64,000 bases of DNA from Octopus sinensis (lineage: Eukaryota): assembly GCF_006345805.1 (NCBI RefSeq), contig NC_043006.1, positions 18,786,001-18,850,000 on the forward strand, written 5' to 3'. The translations under genes and the position numbers were made by a program. The notes below the pieces were generated by a model. It worked only from the letters and a program-made list of their open reading frames with translations, did not search any database and had not been told where the DNA came from. Within the stretch, counting starts at the first letter, position 1, and each line of letters starts with the position of its first letter. This document shows, in pieces, positions 1 through 12,923 of the stretch.

Positions 1-10
1 ACATACATAC

Positions 11-75
11 GTCTACCAATTTCACTCACAATGCTTTTGTTGACCCGAGGCTATTGTAGAAATCTTTGCCCAAGG
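11..75 (-). mobile_element. Fragment of tRNA-derived SINE family B
   Basis: gtctaccaatttcactcacaatgcttttgttgacccgaggctattgtaga is a diverged reverse complement of the body of the full copies at 29819, 51182 and 63253. Confidence 0.7.
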
Positions 76-310
76 ACTTGCTGAAAATTATCATAAATAT
101 GGAATAAACATTTAATTGCGAGGCGCTACCATGAAATAGTATAGATAAGTATAAACAAAATACGCACGACAAAATAGAAGCAACGTGACCATACTCCTTC
201 AGTAACTGCCGACGGATGGTCCGAAGCCCTAACTGTTTAATGTCATTTACTACCTCTTCTTGTATATATAGTTCATCATAGTTTTGCGAGTTAAATTTTC
301 GTTTAATCAT

Positions 311-313
311 ATG

Positions 314-399
<86 letters not shown>
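311..399. repeat. (TA)n microsatellite
   Basis: Direct reading. Many similar tracts occur, e.g. 2140-2235, 3000-3205, 5010-5110, 6030-6290, 42280-42465, 53770-53890, 57248-57361 and 57660-57787. Confidence 0.99.
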
Positions 400-501
400 G
401 TTAATCCAAACATGAAAACACAAAGAAAAAACACAACAACGCGAGGACATGGAACAAGTATAGTGTTATTGGACACTCAGGAAAGGAAAGAAAGAAGGAG
501 G

Positions 502-536
502 ATTTAACGTTTCGAGCGGAGCTCTTCGTCAGAAAC
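502..536 (-). ncRNA. Minimal type I hammerhead ribozyme motif (Penelope-type)
   Basis: Minus strand reads gttt-CTGACGA-A-GAGC-tcc-GCTC-GAAAC-GTT-aaat. Core boxes are intact, stem II is GAGC/GCTC, stem III is the palindrome AACGTT and stem I is 3-4 bp. Confidence 0.75.
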
Positions 537-656
537 ATAGGAAAAGGAAAGATTAGAAAACAAAATTATTTTATTCCACACGGGTAGAAAATACAAGAAA
601 AAAGAATTTGAAAATGCACTGAGAACAGTAAAAATATTTTTTATTAATATATTTAA

Positions 657-697
657 AGCCTTAACCGGTTTCCCAGCTTACACTGATTTTCAAAAAG
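657..697 (-). ncRNA. Decayed hammerhead ribozyme motif
   Basis: Minus strand reads cttt-TTGAAAA-TCAG-tgtaag-CTGG-GAAAC-CG-GTT-aagg. Stems are retained and stem III is the palindrome ACCGGT, but there are two core substitutions. Confidence 0.45.
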
Positions 698-1132
698 TTC
701 AAACAGAAAGCCGTTGTTTATGTCGCAGCTGCCTTGCTTCTGACTGGTGTTTGAAGCTTGTCCTATTTTTATAGGAGGTTCATGGCTCAAATTAGTTTAT
801 CTCTTGTATACGATTTGATTGGTAGAGGACAGTCACATGACTGGTCTTAGAAATCTTTGTAGGTTCCCCGATACGTCTGTGTGTTAGTATCAAGTAACAA
901 GGTTTGGTGTCGTAAGTTAAGGCTGACACGGTTGACCGAACATGTCCGAACATATACAGGTCGTCGTCTTGTTTTGATAACAAAACGCGGGTGCACTTTT
1001 CTGTTGGTTCATACGCCGAAAACGCCTTTGTTTTTCACTTAAAAAATTTCGATGCACGAAACTGGCGACCCTTGAGTCATTTTTGTAAATTATGATGGTG
1101 ATATCTGTCTGTCTGGCTCTCTCTCTCTCTCT

Positions 1133-1244
1133 AAAACCTGTTACTCTGAGTTTCACGTTCCCGTTCGTCGGACAGTTTTTGCTAGAATATTCTAGCAAAA
1201 ACTGTCCGACGAACGGGAACGTGAAACTGAGAGTAACAGGTTTT
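1133..1244. repeat. 112-bp palindrome with no spacer, each arm carrying a hammerhead motif (U4-to-C variant)
   Basis: Arms 1133-1188 and 1189-1244 differ at one position. The plus arm reads ctgt-CCGACGA-ACG-ggaa-CGT-GAAAC-tgaga-GTA-acag. Confidence 0.9.
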
Positions 1245-2163
1245 GTTGAATTTTCTGCTGATTTTAAATAAAGCATATTACTCTACCACTGGTATTTGAG
1301 TACTCTTTTTTCCACCTTGTTTCACATTTATGTGTTTACTCCGGTATATATATATTAAAAATGGCTTTTCACTACACAATTATGTAGCGTATACTTTATT
1401 ATGACAGTTAAATGCCCTAACGAGATCTCATCCAAGTTATGGGTAGACTTTATATCAATTTGACTCTTCAATTTGTGAAACAGTTAAGTTTTCCTTGAGG
1501 CCTCTCGTATCATAATACGCTTAATAATTACTATTATTATATTATACTATATAATATTTTATGTTTACATTCATTATGTTATATTTTATTTATTTTATCA
1601 TACTATATTACATTTAAAGCAATTAGTCAATTAGATATTTCCTTCGAAAGTCATTGTAAACAGTTATTTTTCCTTAATTAGAGTCAATATTCGGTCTTTA
1701 TTGTTCCAGACATAAAAGTGAGCGAAAACACAATAAGATAAATATCAATTATTCATATCTCCATTTTCTAACTGTCTATGACGTATTCAATGAAGAAAAG
1801 CCAATACGTGACCTTCACACGTGGTTGTCGAATAAATATTTACTAATCAATCTGTACATTAACGGAAAGCATTCTGAGATACATTCTTTCGTTTAAAACA
1901 AACAGTATTTACAAAAATGACCCGAAATATCAAAAGTCGCGACACAAATGACTTTATCATACACTTTTGAAAATCAAATATGAAACCGGTCAAGACGTAT
2001 TTATACATTGAATATAAATAAGTACCAATATAGTCTTTGTGAATTTTCAACATTATTTCTTCTGTATCACTACTTGTTTGGATCAAAAATTCATGTATAT
2101 ATATACATACATACATATACATACGTACATGCATACATATATGTAAATATGTGTATATATATA

Positions 2164-2235
<72 letters not shown>

Positions 2236-3026
2236 TACGGCGGCTGTGTCGTCGGTTTATTCTACCTTAAGCTTTCTCTTAAGTTATATATTATTTAGAC
2301 TTTCCTCTGAGTAAGGGAAAATATAATGATTTATCGTCACTTATAATAAAGTGTTATCATTGTATCTTTAACCCTAACTGCTGTTGTAACGCATATAGAC
2401 ATATACGCGTGGAACGCTACATCAACGACCATGTATGTTGAATATTTTAATCGGTCCTTAAGCCGCTATAAGAAACATAAAACAAAGATTACAGAAATGC
2501 AATATTTATCTATGCTCAGTTGAAAAACAAACGTGAAGAGAAACATTTTCTTTTTAATTTTTATTTATATAAATATAACATTTTATATTTATTTACAAGA
2601 AGAAAGATAACTTAGTCGCGAAGAAAAACGACTTTAAATTCCTTAGCTAATTTCTTTTTCTATCTAATACGTTAACCAACAAATCAAAATAGATTTGTGA
2701 TTAACGTAGACATGGCATTAAAATTTACCGATGTCTCCAAAAGCGTGAGTGTCGTGGAGTTGAATGACTACCGAACGAACACTAAAGTCTCTCCTCAAAT
2801 CCAGGGTTTTTACAACTGCTCAATTTGATAAAAAAGAATCGAAATTCAGGACAAACATTCTTTTCGAAACTTCTAGAATCTTTATACGAGCAGTTACACT
2901 AACCAATGGGAAAAGAAGGAAAATGACAATCCTCGGCAAAGACATTACGTCATATTGCCAATTCGCGCCACATTTCAAAATGGCTAAAATGGCTATTGCT
3001 ACAATATATATATAAATATATATATA

Positions 3027-3184
<158 letters not shown>

Positions 3185-3440
3185 ATATATATATATATAT
3201 ATGTCAAATAATAAATAAAACATAGCATATATACATACATATATGTACGTACCTACAACTGTATGGCATATATACATGCATATATGGGTACAGGACACCA
3301 AAAAAGCGTCGAACACAATGAGAAACGAAAATATAAACACAAAACCAAGGAAATGGACATTTTTCTTAAACAACGAACATAACAACACAAGGAACAATCC
3401 CCTTCTTCAGCCGCCTCTCTTTCATCTACTCCGCGTTTCG

Positions 3441-3471
<31 letters not shown>

Positions 3472-3485
3472 CATTTATGACATAC

Positions 3486-3563
<78 letters not shown>

Positions 3564-4299
3564 TATACATATATCTATACATCTATGTATGTATATGTGA
3601 AAGTATGTATGCCTGTGTGTATATATATATATATATGCGTATGCACATGTGTCTACATATCTGTATATGTTTCTATATATATTATATATATATGTATGTG
3701 TGTACACACACACACACATATATATATACGTGTGCACCTCTGTGCATGTATCTCTCTGTGTGTTTCTCTCTCTCTCTCTACTCACACACATATATGTATA
3801 TGCCATTATAAATCTAATGTATAAATGCACATGTGTTGTCTCTGTATCTATATATATTATATCTACTTATATGTATATATATATATATATATTTATGTAT
3901 CTATGTATCTGCATATGTATATATGTATATGAGTATATGAATATGTATGTAAATATGAATATATATGCATGTGTGTCTATGCTTATGCTTATGCTTATAT
4001 ATGTATAAGTGTACCTTGGCCTATATATGTTTATGTCATTATTCAGTTTTATTTCAAAGTTTCTTCCCAATAGAGAATGTCGGTTTCTAACGTAGATCCA
4101 AGGCTCGCTCATTGGACTTTCAACACTAACAGCAGGTTATTTTTGTTTGTATGTATGTATATATGTATACGTGCAGATCTGTATGTTTTGTTTTGTGTGC
4201 CTTATCATGCATATACTTGCGTATCTAGACATGCTCATATATACTTAAATGACAAACTTCTGGAAGGTTTTATAGATTTTTACAGTATATGTACGTAAG

Positions 4300-4332
<33 letters not shown>

Positions 4333-4334
<2 letters not shown>

Positions 4335-4369
4335 CTGATGATAGGTAAACACCTTGAAACTCGAGTCCG
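4333..4369 (+). ncRNA. Type I hammerhead ribozyme motif with GUC cleavage triplet
   Basis: cg-CTGATGA-tAGGT-aaac-ACCTt-GAAAC-TCGA-GTC-cg. Stem III is the palindrome ACTCGAGT. The 5' side of stem I is cut by a (TA)n tract. Confidence 0.75.
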
Positions 4370-4598
4370 TGTGTATCATAAGTGAAGACGGGAAGGATGA
4401 CTCCCTTCACAAATACTGATAGGGCACAGATAGTTTGTCTATAGCCAGTGGAGGAGATATCTTCCTGGGGCTACAAAAACAGTAGCATCCACCCTTAGGG
4501 GTTAGCCATATTCAAATGGCAAATATGCGTCACGATGTGGTACCGCTACTGTTTATAACTCGCTCTGAGATTTATCATTATTATTTTTATATATATAC

Positions 4599-4638
<40 letters not shown>

Positions 4639-5016
4639 ATGTATACATTTATATGTACATATGTATGCATGTACGTATGTGTTATGTAGTACATGTGTGT
4701 GTATGTATGTATGTATGTATGAATATATGTATGTTTAATATTTTACTGTGTGTGACAGCATATGTTATCTTTCATCCGATAGAGCGTCAGGAATATACGG
4801 TTATAGAATAAAATTAGTCACTCAGTTTTCTTACTTTCAGTTATTTATTCCACGTGGACTTACCATACTTCTATGGTGTGTTTCATTCTCAACACACACA
4901 CATATACACACACACACAAGCACGCACACACTCATACATACACACTTACAATTACAGATATATATATATATATATTACACACACACACACAAACATATAT
5001 ATACACTTACAATTAC

Positions 5017-5132
<116 letters not shown>

Positions 5133-5190
5133 AGAGAGAGAGATAAATGAAAGAATGGAGTCGAACGGTGATTTAACAAAATTCCTTTAT

Positions 5191-5273
5191 TCTCGACATA
5201 TGTTTCGAAGACTGCATATACCTAATTCCGAAGGAATAAAGGGTGCATTATGCCGTCTTCTCATCAGGTAAGA
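5191..5273 (-). ncRNA. Type I hammerhead ribozyme motif with extended stem II and GUC triplet
   Basis: Minus strand reads CTGATGA-GAAGAC...GTCTTC-GAAAC-ATAT-GTC-gaga. The 6-bp stem II base is perfect and stem III is the palindrome ACATATGT. Confidence 0.85.
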
Positions 5274-6034
5274 CAAGGAACTTACGTCAGCATCATGACA
5301 AACAAAAACTTTTAGATGACTGCCCACACGGAATCCATAGTATCGGTTAACCGAATTATCCATTCTTTCATTTATCTATATATATATATATATTGTAATT
5401 GTAAGTGTATATGTATGTTTGTGTGTGTGTGTGTAAATATATATATCCATAATAGGATAATTCATTCAACTACTTAAACATATATATATATATATATTGA
5501 TAGATACACACGTACATACATACATACATACATACATACATACATACATACATACATACATACATACATACATACATACGAGGAGAGATGCGGAGACACA
5601 TATTCGAGTACGCGACAATCTTTCAGGAAACGGAATCTACAAATAGATTAGATTCATGCTGCCTTTCAAGATATATAGGATTATAAACGAAATAATATCT
5701 ATTTTCTATTCCAAGAGAATAAATAATAAAGCCACACGAATACATACACACATACACACGCACACACACACATGTACACATGCATACATAAGCACACATA
5801 TGGCTAATGTCTGCAATTTATTTTAAACGAACAGATATTTTGAGTTTCAGATATACTTAGTCATTAACCGTCATTATCTGTCGAATTCCTTCGTAACGGT
5901 TCAAAGAGATCACTCGAGAATTTTAGATATTTATATTACGTAATTGAAAGTGGTTATCTCATCCATGCATCCACACGCGTACACTCAGATGCACAAAATA
6001 TGTGCTTATGTATGTATATATATGTATATATATA

Positions 6035-6079
<45 letters not shown>

Positions 6080-6122
6080 ATATATATAATATATATATAT
6101 GTAATATATATACATATGTATG

Positions 6123-6157
<35 letters not shown>

Positions 6158-6181
6158 AAAATATATATATATATATGTATG

Positions 6182-6242
<61 letters not shown>

Positions 6243-6437
6243 GTATATATATATAATTATATATATATGCACACATATATATATATATATAGACAAAGGA
6301 CTCATGCTCTGGTTTCTATAACTTCAGGAATTTGAAATATGAAATTTTATACTTCTTTTTTCTTCTTTCCATCTTCTTCCATGTCGTCATCTCATTAATC
6401 TATTCCATTCTCATTTTCCTTATTTTTCCCCTATTTG

Positions 6438-6491
6438 TCTCTGATGACGGAATATTCTATACTCGGGGATATCTCAGAAACAGCTGTAAGG
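6438..6491 (+). ncRNA. Type I hammerhead ribozyme motif with GUA triplet
   Basis: tct-CTGATGA-cGGAATATTC...GGATATCTCa-GAAAC-AGCT-GTA-agg. Stem III is the palindrome ACAGCTGT and stem II is partly decayed. Confidence 0.7.
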
Positions 6492-6604
6492 TTTTGAATC
6501 GCTTCCTATAAAAATACTGTATACGACTTGAGATATTTGCCTTACCTTAATGTTTACTGTCTTGTTTAACAATTATATATATATACATGTATGTATATAA
6601 ATAT

Positions 6605-6916
6605 ATCACCGTGATCACCGTGACCGACCAGGCTATCAGATGTTGCTACACATCGCTGGTCACAATGCGCTTCGTATTGTTTTAAACCTTCAAATGACGC
6701 CACCTCGCTGGCTAAGCGAGCAGGCCAACAGAAGAAAGAGTGAGAGAAAGTTGTGGCGAAAGAGTACAGCAAGGATCGCCACCACCCCCTGCCGGAGCCT
6801 CGTGGAGCTTTAGGTGTTTTCGCTCAATAAACACTCACAACGTCCGGTCTGGGAATCGAAACCGCGATCCCACAACCACGAGTTCGCTGCCCTGACTATT
6901 GGGCCATTGCGCCTCC

Positions 6917-6917
<1 letters not shown>
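6605..6917 (-). mobile_element. tRNA-derived SINE family C, tail variant C2
   Basis: The head tggaggcgcaatggcc..ggtttcgattccc has A- and B-box-like motifs. The tail ends in (cacggt) repeats, and AT-repeat sequence lies on both sides. Confidence 0.85.
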
Positions 6918-7007
<90 letters not shown>

Positions 7008-7489
7008 CGTGTGTGTGTGTGTGTGTGTGTAGTGCAAATAATTACAAAATGGGAAAATCACAGATTAACTAACACATCGATTGGACCACATTTATACCTT
7101 ACTTTTTCAATACAAAGCATGACATAACAAAATAGGTGACGTGGCATATTTTACGGCCGTTACTGATCGGTTGCTAAAATGCAGTCTATAAATAAATGCG
7201 AGAATAAAGTTCTTCATCTTCATAGGGCATTCGAATTAAGGCAACGGATCTTCATCAGAGTAAAAAACAAGAGCATACAATATAAACAAAAGGAAGAAGG
7301 AAAAGGTAAGAAAACATGCCTTAGTCAATTCGTCTAGAAGCCCAATATTTTTAGAGCAAATAATTAACCGTCAGACACAGAAGGTCGACAAATCCTCATT
7401 AGTAGTCGGTCAGAGGTCAAACGCAATTTTGCGCCTTCAGTGATAATATTATTCCCCTCTGGTGAGACAGAGACAGATAACATACAGAT

Positions 7490-7807
<318 letters not shown>

Positions 7808-8140
7808 TGTGTGTGCGTGTGTATTTGTATAGTTTACTGTTCCATTATAGGTAGGATCAACAAAATTGTATTCCATCCAGAAATAAACATCATGTAATAA
7901 ACACATTTATAAAAGAGTTATTAATGGTTTCATGCTTTAAGTTACATTAAATTGACATATTTATATAACATGCCATGTATCTCCGTGCAATCATTCAGGC
8001 ACAGTTCATAATGCAGGATGTATTTAAAAACGAGGATGCTAGTCAATGAAAAAACATGAGAAGAATGAGTAAAAAAAACGCGAAAACTACTGCAAAACAT
8101 GGAACGCGAAGAAAGAAACGAAAAAAACAATTATTTGTGG

Positions 8141-8229
8141 TGCTAATATTTTGTCTGTAGAAATCATAATTAATTTTTTGTCTGTAAAAATCATAGTTAA
8201 TTTTTTGTCTGTAGGAATCATAATTAATT
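8141..8229. repeat. About 30-bp tandem repeat, 3 copies
   Basis: ttttgtctgtagaaatcataattaatt occurs three times with minor changes. Confidence 0.85.
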
Positions 8230-8653
8230 TAGGTGGTATAGAATAATATAACAAAGAAGATGCCAAACTGATATAGCTGGTCAATCTTGAGTTGCTAGTG
8301 GCCTCCAGTCCGACAAAAGTAATCCGTCAATGTGGTCGCGTATATGGAGTAGATTTCTCTACGATTCTCCACTTGATTTTATGCAGTATATGGGTCATTC
8401 GATCCCATACATTTAATGTCTCTTAAAGAATGAAACTATTAGTAACTATTCTTGTGGCTGGGTGCCTGCTACAATGGCCTCGGGCGAAGCAAAGCCCTGT
8501 GAGTGGATTTTCTAGATAAAAACTGAAAGACGCTTGTCATATATATATATCAATAATAAAGGGTGAAATTAATTAATTTAGAAATAATCATTAATTTCAC
8601 CAAGTAGAGTTCGACATGTAAAATCGCCATTCAAGGAAGGTTTAAGTAATACC

Positions 8654-8824
8654 AAGTAATTAAGGGTTTAGCAACGATTTGCCTCACCACACACCGAATT
8701 AGAAATAGCAGTCAAAATGTTTTGGCTATTCTTTCTAAGTAGAAAGAATAGCCAAAACGTTTTGATTGCTATTTCTAAATTCGGTGTGTGGTGAGGCAAA
8801 TCGTTGCTAAACCCTTAATTACTT
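8654..8824. repeat. 171-bp near-perfect palindrome (2-nt loop) abutting (TA)n
   Basis: aagtaattaagggtttagcaacg...ttctttcta|ag|tagaaagaa...cgttgctaaacccttaattactt, with a few mismatches. Confidence 0.92.
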
Positions 8825-8825
8825 A

Positions 8826-8913
<88 letters not shown>

Positions 8914-9100
8914 GAGTGTATTTTACCTTGTTAACAATTAACACGGATAAATGAATGAATAGTTACCAGGGCAGCAAAATCTCACAAGTAAAGATGTTGT
9001 AACTCCCTGTTTATAAAGGTTGAAACTTCGTGTTTACGTTGAATATTTGAATAATAGGAATAAAAAATGGAGTCAACGCAGGTTTAAACAAGTATTTTTT

Positions 9101-9185
9101 CTTTCTACATATGTTTCAAAAATTCCACTGATACTTATTCAAAAGAATAAAAGGTATAAACAATGCAATCTTCTCTTCGGGAAAG
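9101..9185 (-). ncRNA. Type I hammerhead motif (U4-to-C variant) in the 3' region of the Penelope element
   Basis: Minus strand reads ctttc-CCGAAGA-GAAGATT...AATTTTT-GAAAC-ATAT-GTA-gaaag. Stem I is a perfect 5 bp and stem III is ACATATGT. It lies about 200 nt past the GIY-YIG stop on the same strand. Confidence 0.7.
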
Positions 9186-9386
9186 TGAAAAAACGAAACT
9201 TGTCAATACGACATTTTAGCAAAAAATGATGGATTCGTATAGCGATAGACAGAACGCTATTAATATTGTTTAAAAAAACGTTATATGATATAACGTCATA
9301 AGTAGCTAACAGAAAGAGTAGGGATATTAATAGTGAATGTTAAATATAAAGGAAATTAAAGTCTAAACTATATATAATGATAGAGA

Positions 9387-9850
9387 CTACTTATATGCAC
9401 TAAAAGTATGCTTTTGCCAATGCTTACATCTGTATGCTCGTTCTATAACCGTGTTTACTAGAGTATTTTTAGAAAAAATAATGAAAAATAGCTCAGAATT
9501 GCAGAGAAGACAGAATTTCTTGCCTTTGTCATATGGTATCGAAATTGAGAGGATCAACCATTCCAAATGAAATTGTTCATTGTGGTCTTTTAAATTCCAA
9601 ATCAGTTTGCTGAGACCGGTACTATTCCGTTTATTTCTATCTCTAAATGTTGAGTAATGGATAGAAATTCTTTTAGATAACTCTAACGATGTGCCTCCAA
9701 TGTAAAATCGTACTTTATTACGAGTACTGATTATACACTGGTATATAGAATTTTTAATCTTAGAGTTACTTGACATAAATTTAATTCTATTGGGATTGAC
9801 TTCAGATACAATAACCTTGTTATTAATATTTCTAGAGGGTTGGATGGTAG
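9387..9850 (-). mobile_element. Penelope-like retroelement, C-terminal GIY-YIG endonuclease remnant
   Basis: The translation NSIYQC...FYIGGT...KRISIHYSTFR...STGLSKLIWNLK...EWLILSISIPY.KGKKFCLLC...RCKHWQKH matches the recalled Penelope endonuclease pattern. A (TA)n tract interrupts it upstream. Confidence 0.88.
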
Positions 9851-9879
9851 TATATATATATATATATATATATATATAC

Positions 9880-10396
9880 TCAAAATAAGCAACAAGAATA
9901 TCTTCGGTAATTTGGTACGATCGTTTCACGCTACATCATTTTATTAATCATTGTAAGTATTACAACAGTTTTAAAATGTTGAGCAATCATTAGCCATTTA
10001 TGGAGGTTTTCCATCAATATACTTATTTTCCTGTTAATTGATAACATTATAAAGAAGGTAGATATATGGACAGAGATGTTGATTTGAAGGTTAAGAAAAT
10101 TAAGGTATTAGAATTTATCTTCTCACTGAAAAATATTCTTTAAGTTATTTTGAACTGCTAAATTCTAATAACTTATTGTTCTTAACCTTCAAATCAACAT
10201 CTCTGTCTATATATCTACTCTCTTTATAATGTTATCAATTAACATGAAAATAATTATATTGACAGAAAACCTCTATAAATGGCTGATGATTGCTCAACAT
10301 TTTAAAACTGTTGTAATACTTAAAATGTTTAATGAAATAATGTAGCGTGAACCGATCGTATCAAATTACCGGAGATATTCTTGTTGCTTATTTTGA
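9880..10396. repeat. Long inverted repeat (about 238-bp arms, about 41-nt spacer) at the 5' end of the Penelope remnant
   Basis: 9880-10117 is the diverged reverse complement of 10159-10396, e.g. tcaaaataagcaacaagaatatc versus gatattcttgttgcttattttga. Confidence 0.92.
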
Positions 10397-10526
10397 TTAT
10401 AATCATCCCATGGATTTATGTGGATAACACCATACGAAATCCTGGTGCATCTAGCTTAAGTACCATATTCATTTGAATCTAAATTTTGCTAAACTTGTAT
10501 ACATATATATATATATATACATACAT

Positions 10527-10611
<85 letters not shown>

Positions 10612-10659
10612 AATATATATATATACATTATTAATAAAGTTGCAAAGACACCACGAAAA

Positions 10660-10700
10660 CTGTTACTCAGAGTTAGTTTCACGTTCCCGTTCGTCAGCGC
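10660..10700 (-). ncRNA. Hammerhead motif of the same family as 1133-1244, with canonical CUGACGA
   Basis: Minus strand reads CTGACGA-ACG-ggaa-CGT-GAAAC-taactctga-GTA-acag. Proximal stem I is poorly paired. Confidence 0.6.
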
Positions 10701-12239
10701 GCGCCTGTCTTTGTGCCGCTTGGTAACCGGTGTTGCCTTGCTACGTTTCTATAACCTATAGGTGCGGCAAAAGGGATACATACAAGTATCAGCCTTAAAA
10801 AATTCATATTCAAGTCGATTTGTCCGACTCAGATTTCATCAAGTTGGTGCCTCAGTATGGCCACCGTTTGAGACAAGAAACGAGTATATATCAGTGTGCG
10901 CGTGTATATGTGCCATTTTGTGTCTATGTGTGAATGTATGTGGCGGTATGTGTATGTATGTATTTTTGTGTATATAAAAGTAAACGCCCACACATTTATG
11001 TTTCGATACATATATACTCACATAAACACATAGACAACATATTTTATTATTAAATGTATTCGAAATGTATTATGTTCTTTCTAACAACCAGTAATTAAGC
11101 AGTAATTTTCTCCCAAGAGATGTTCTAACGCTGCAACCGAAACCAGAATTGATTAATAGAGACGCTTAATTAGATCGATATTGTGCAGATTTATTTACAG
11201 CACTAATCAATAAACATTCAATAACTAAATTGTGCGCCAATGAACAATTTTACTTAGTCTCAATTTTAGAGTTTGGTTTATTGGTTTAGTCACTCTCACT
11301 AATTACTCATGCTATTATAATGTGAAATGGGAGTTAATGTACTAAATGTAGTGAACCAAAGATAATGTTTAATGAACTGAAATAACATGAGAATTAAAAG
11401 TAAAAAGTATTGGTGTCAATGATAATTCTTTTGAGGTAAGTCAAAGGAGTGATCCTAGAAATAAAAAAATGATAAAACTGTGAAGGAAGACATGAGTATC
11501 CTATTTAGTAAGAACGTTGATATATCTGCACATGTTTCGGGCTTATTAGTGCTCCTCAGAGTAGTATACTCTAGCATTATTTTCCATGTCTTAGCTGGAC
11601 TGAAATATTTAGGTTTTGTATGAAGATTTTTCTTTGATGTAACAATTTGACATCAGATAATTTTGTATGGCTTCTTTCTGCATGAAGAACATAGAGTTAC
11701 ACGTTGGCCAGTATACATATTTATAGTAAACGAAAATATACAAATAACGAGAAAAATTATTTGTGTCTTTCGATCACATGTTTATAAGCAGCTTCCTTAT
11801 ACAGTGACGGGAGATGTAAATATCAGGTAATTATTTTACCGTAGGCCGTACCTGTAGAAACACTTTATATATATATATATATATATTAATAATATAAGGG
11901 TAAATAATTATTAATTTTAAAATCAACAATTATTACCGAGTAGTTTGCGGTATGGAAATATAACCATTGTTGTAAAATGGGTATATATATATATGTGTGT
12001 GTGAGTGTGTTTGTGTGTGTGTGTGGTGTGTGCATGTGTGTGTGTGTGTGTGAGTATAAACCAGCATAACTTCTGAAGTTAAAAACTGATTTTCTCCAAA
12101 CTGCGAATATACATTACTTATGTTCCAGAGATGGTTTTAGACGCTTAAAACGTTTTACATAATGAGTAACGGGCCCTCTGGGAGCAGAAAATACCCTTTC
12201 CTGGGTCACTTGGAAAAGGGAGGTAACTCGTTGCGAAAT

Positions 12240-12923
12240 AACTTTCAGAAATTAATTGTCTCCTTCATATCCACTGGTGAAAAAGTTATCACAATCTCAA
12301 TTGGCTGTGTGAAAGAGCAATAGTGGCACCAAAAAATAGCACTGGAAGTAAAATTAATAAGCAACTGTTACAGTACGTTCCTGGAAGTTCACACATCTAT
12401 GTCAGTTGATACAATCCAAGATCCAGTAAAGGTGGTAAATTATCTAACAGAATTTCTCAATTAATTGGAACTTCCAGGACTACTTCCCCACAGATTGGAA
12501 CTGAAAGTGGAAACTCCTGTAATGTTATTGAGGAATTTGGATCCACCAACACTCTGCAATGGGATACCCCTGGTGGTAAAGAAAATGATGCCACATGTTA
12601 CTGAGTCCACCATTTTCTCTGGGTGTAGAAAAGGAGAGGATGTTTCCATACCCAGAATTTCTCTCATTCCCCTGGAAGCAGAAATTCCTTTTTTATTCAG
12701 AAGAGTACAATTTCCTATTCGTATCAGTTTCCCAATGTCTATCAATAAATCCCGTGGTCGAACACTTTCAATGGTAGAACTTCACTTGGAAGAGTCATAC
12801 TTCTTACACGAGCCATTAAGTGTTGACTACTCTAAAGTGAGAAGCAAAAAAAACAATCTATTTGCAATTGTTCCACAAGGGAGAAGAAAGACTATTGTTT
12901 ACCAAGAGATTTTGCAGGAATAA
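12240..12923 (+). mobile_element. Helitron RepHel remnant: C-terminal PIF1-like SF1 helicase (pseudogenised)
   Basis: WLCERAIVAPKN...EFLN*LELPGLLPHRLELKV..PVMLLRNLDPPTLCNG...IPRI...FRRVQFPIRISFPMSINKSRG...IVYQEIL follows the Helitron helicase consensus. It has an internal stop and a frameshift. Confidence 0.9.

Noticed and set aside
3380-3450. CTGAAGA plus a hairpin, and a nearby CGAAAC, on the minus strand
   Set aside because: The elements are in an order and pairing that do not form a three-way junction.
7412-7430. DR1-like nuclear receptor site cggtcagaggtca
   Set aside because: It is a single short motif with no supporting context.
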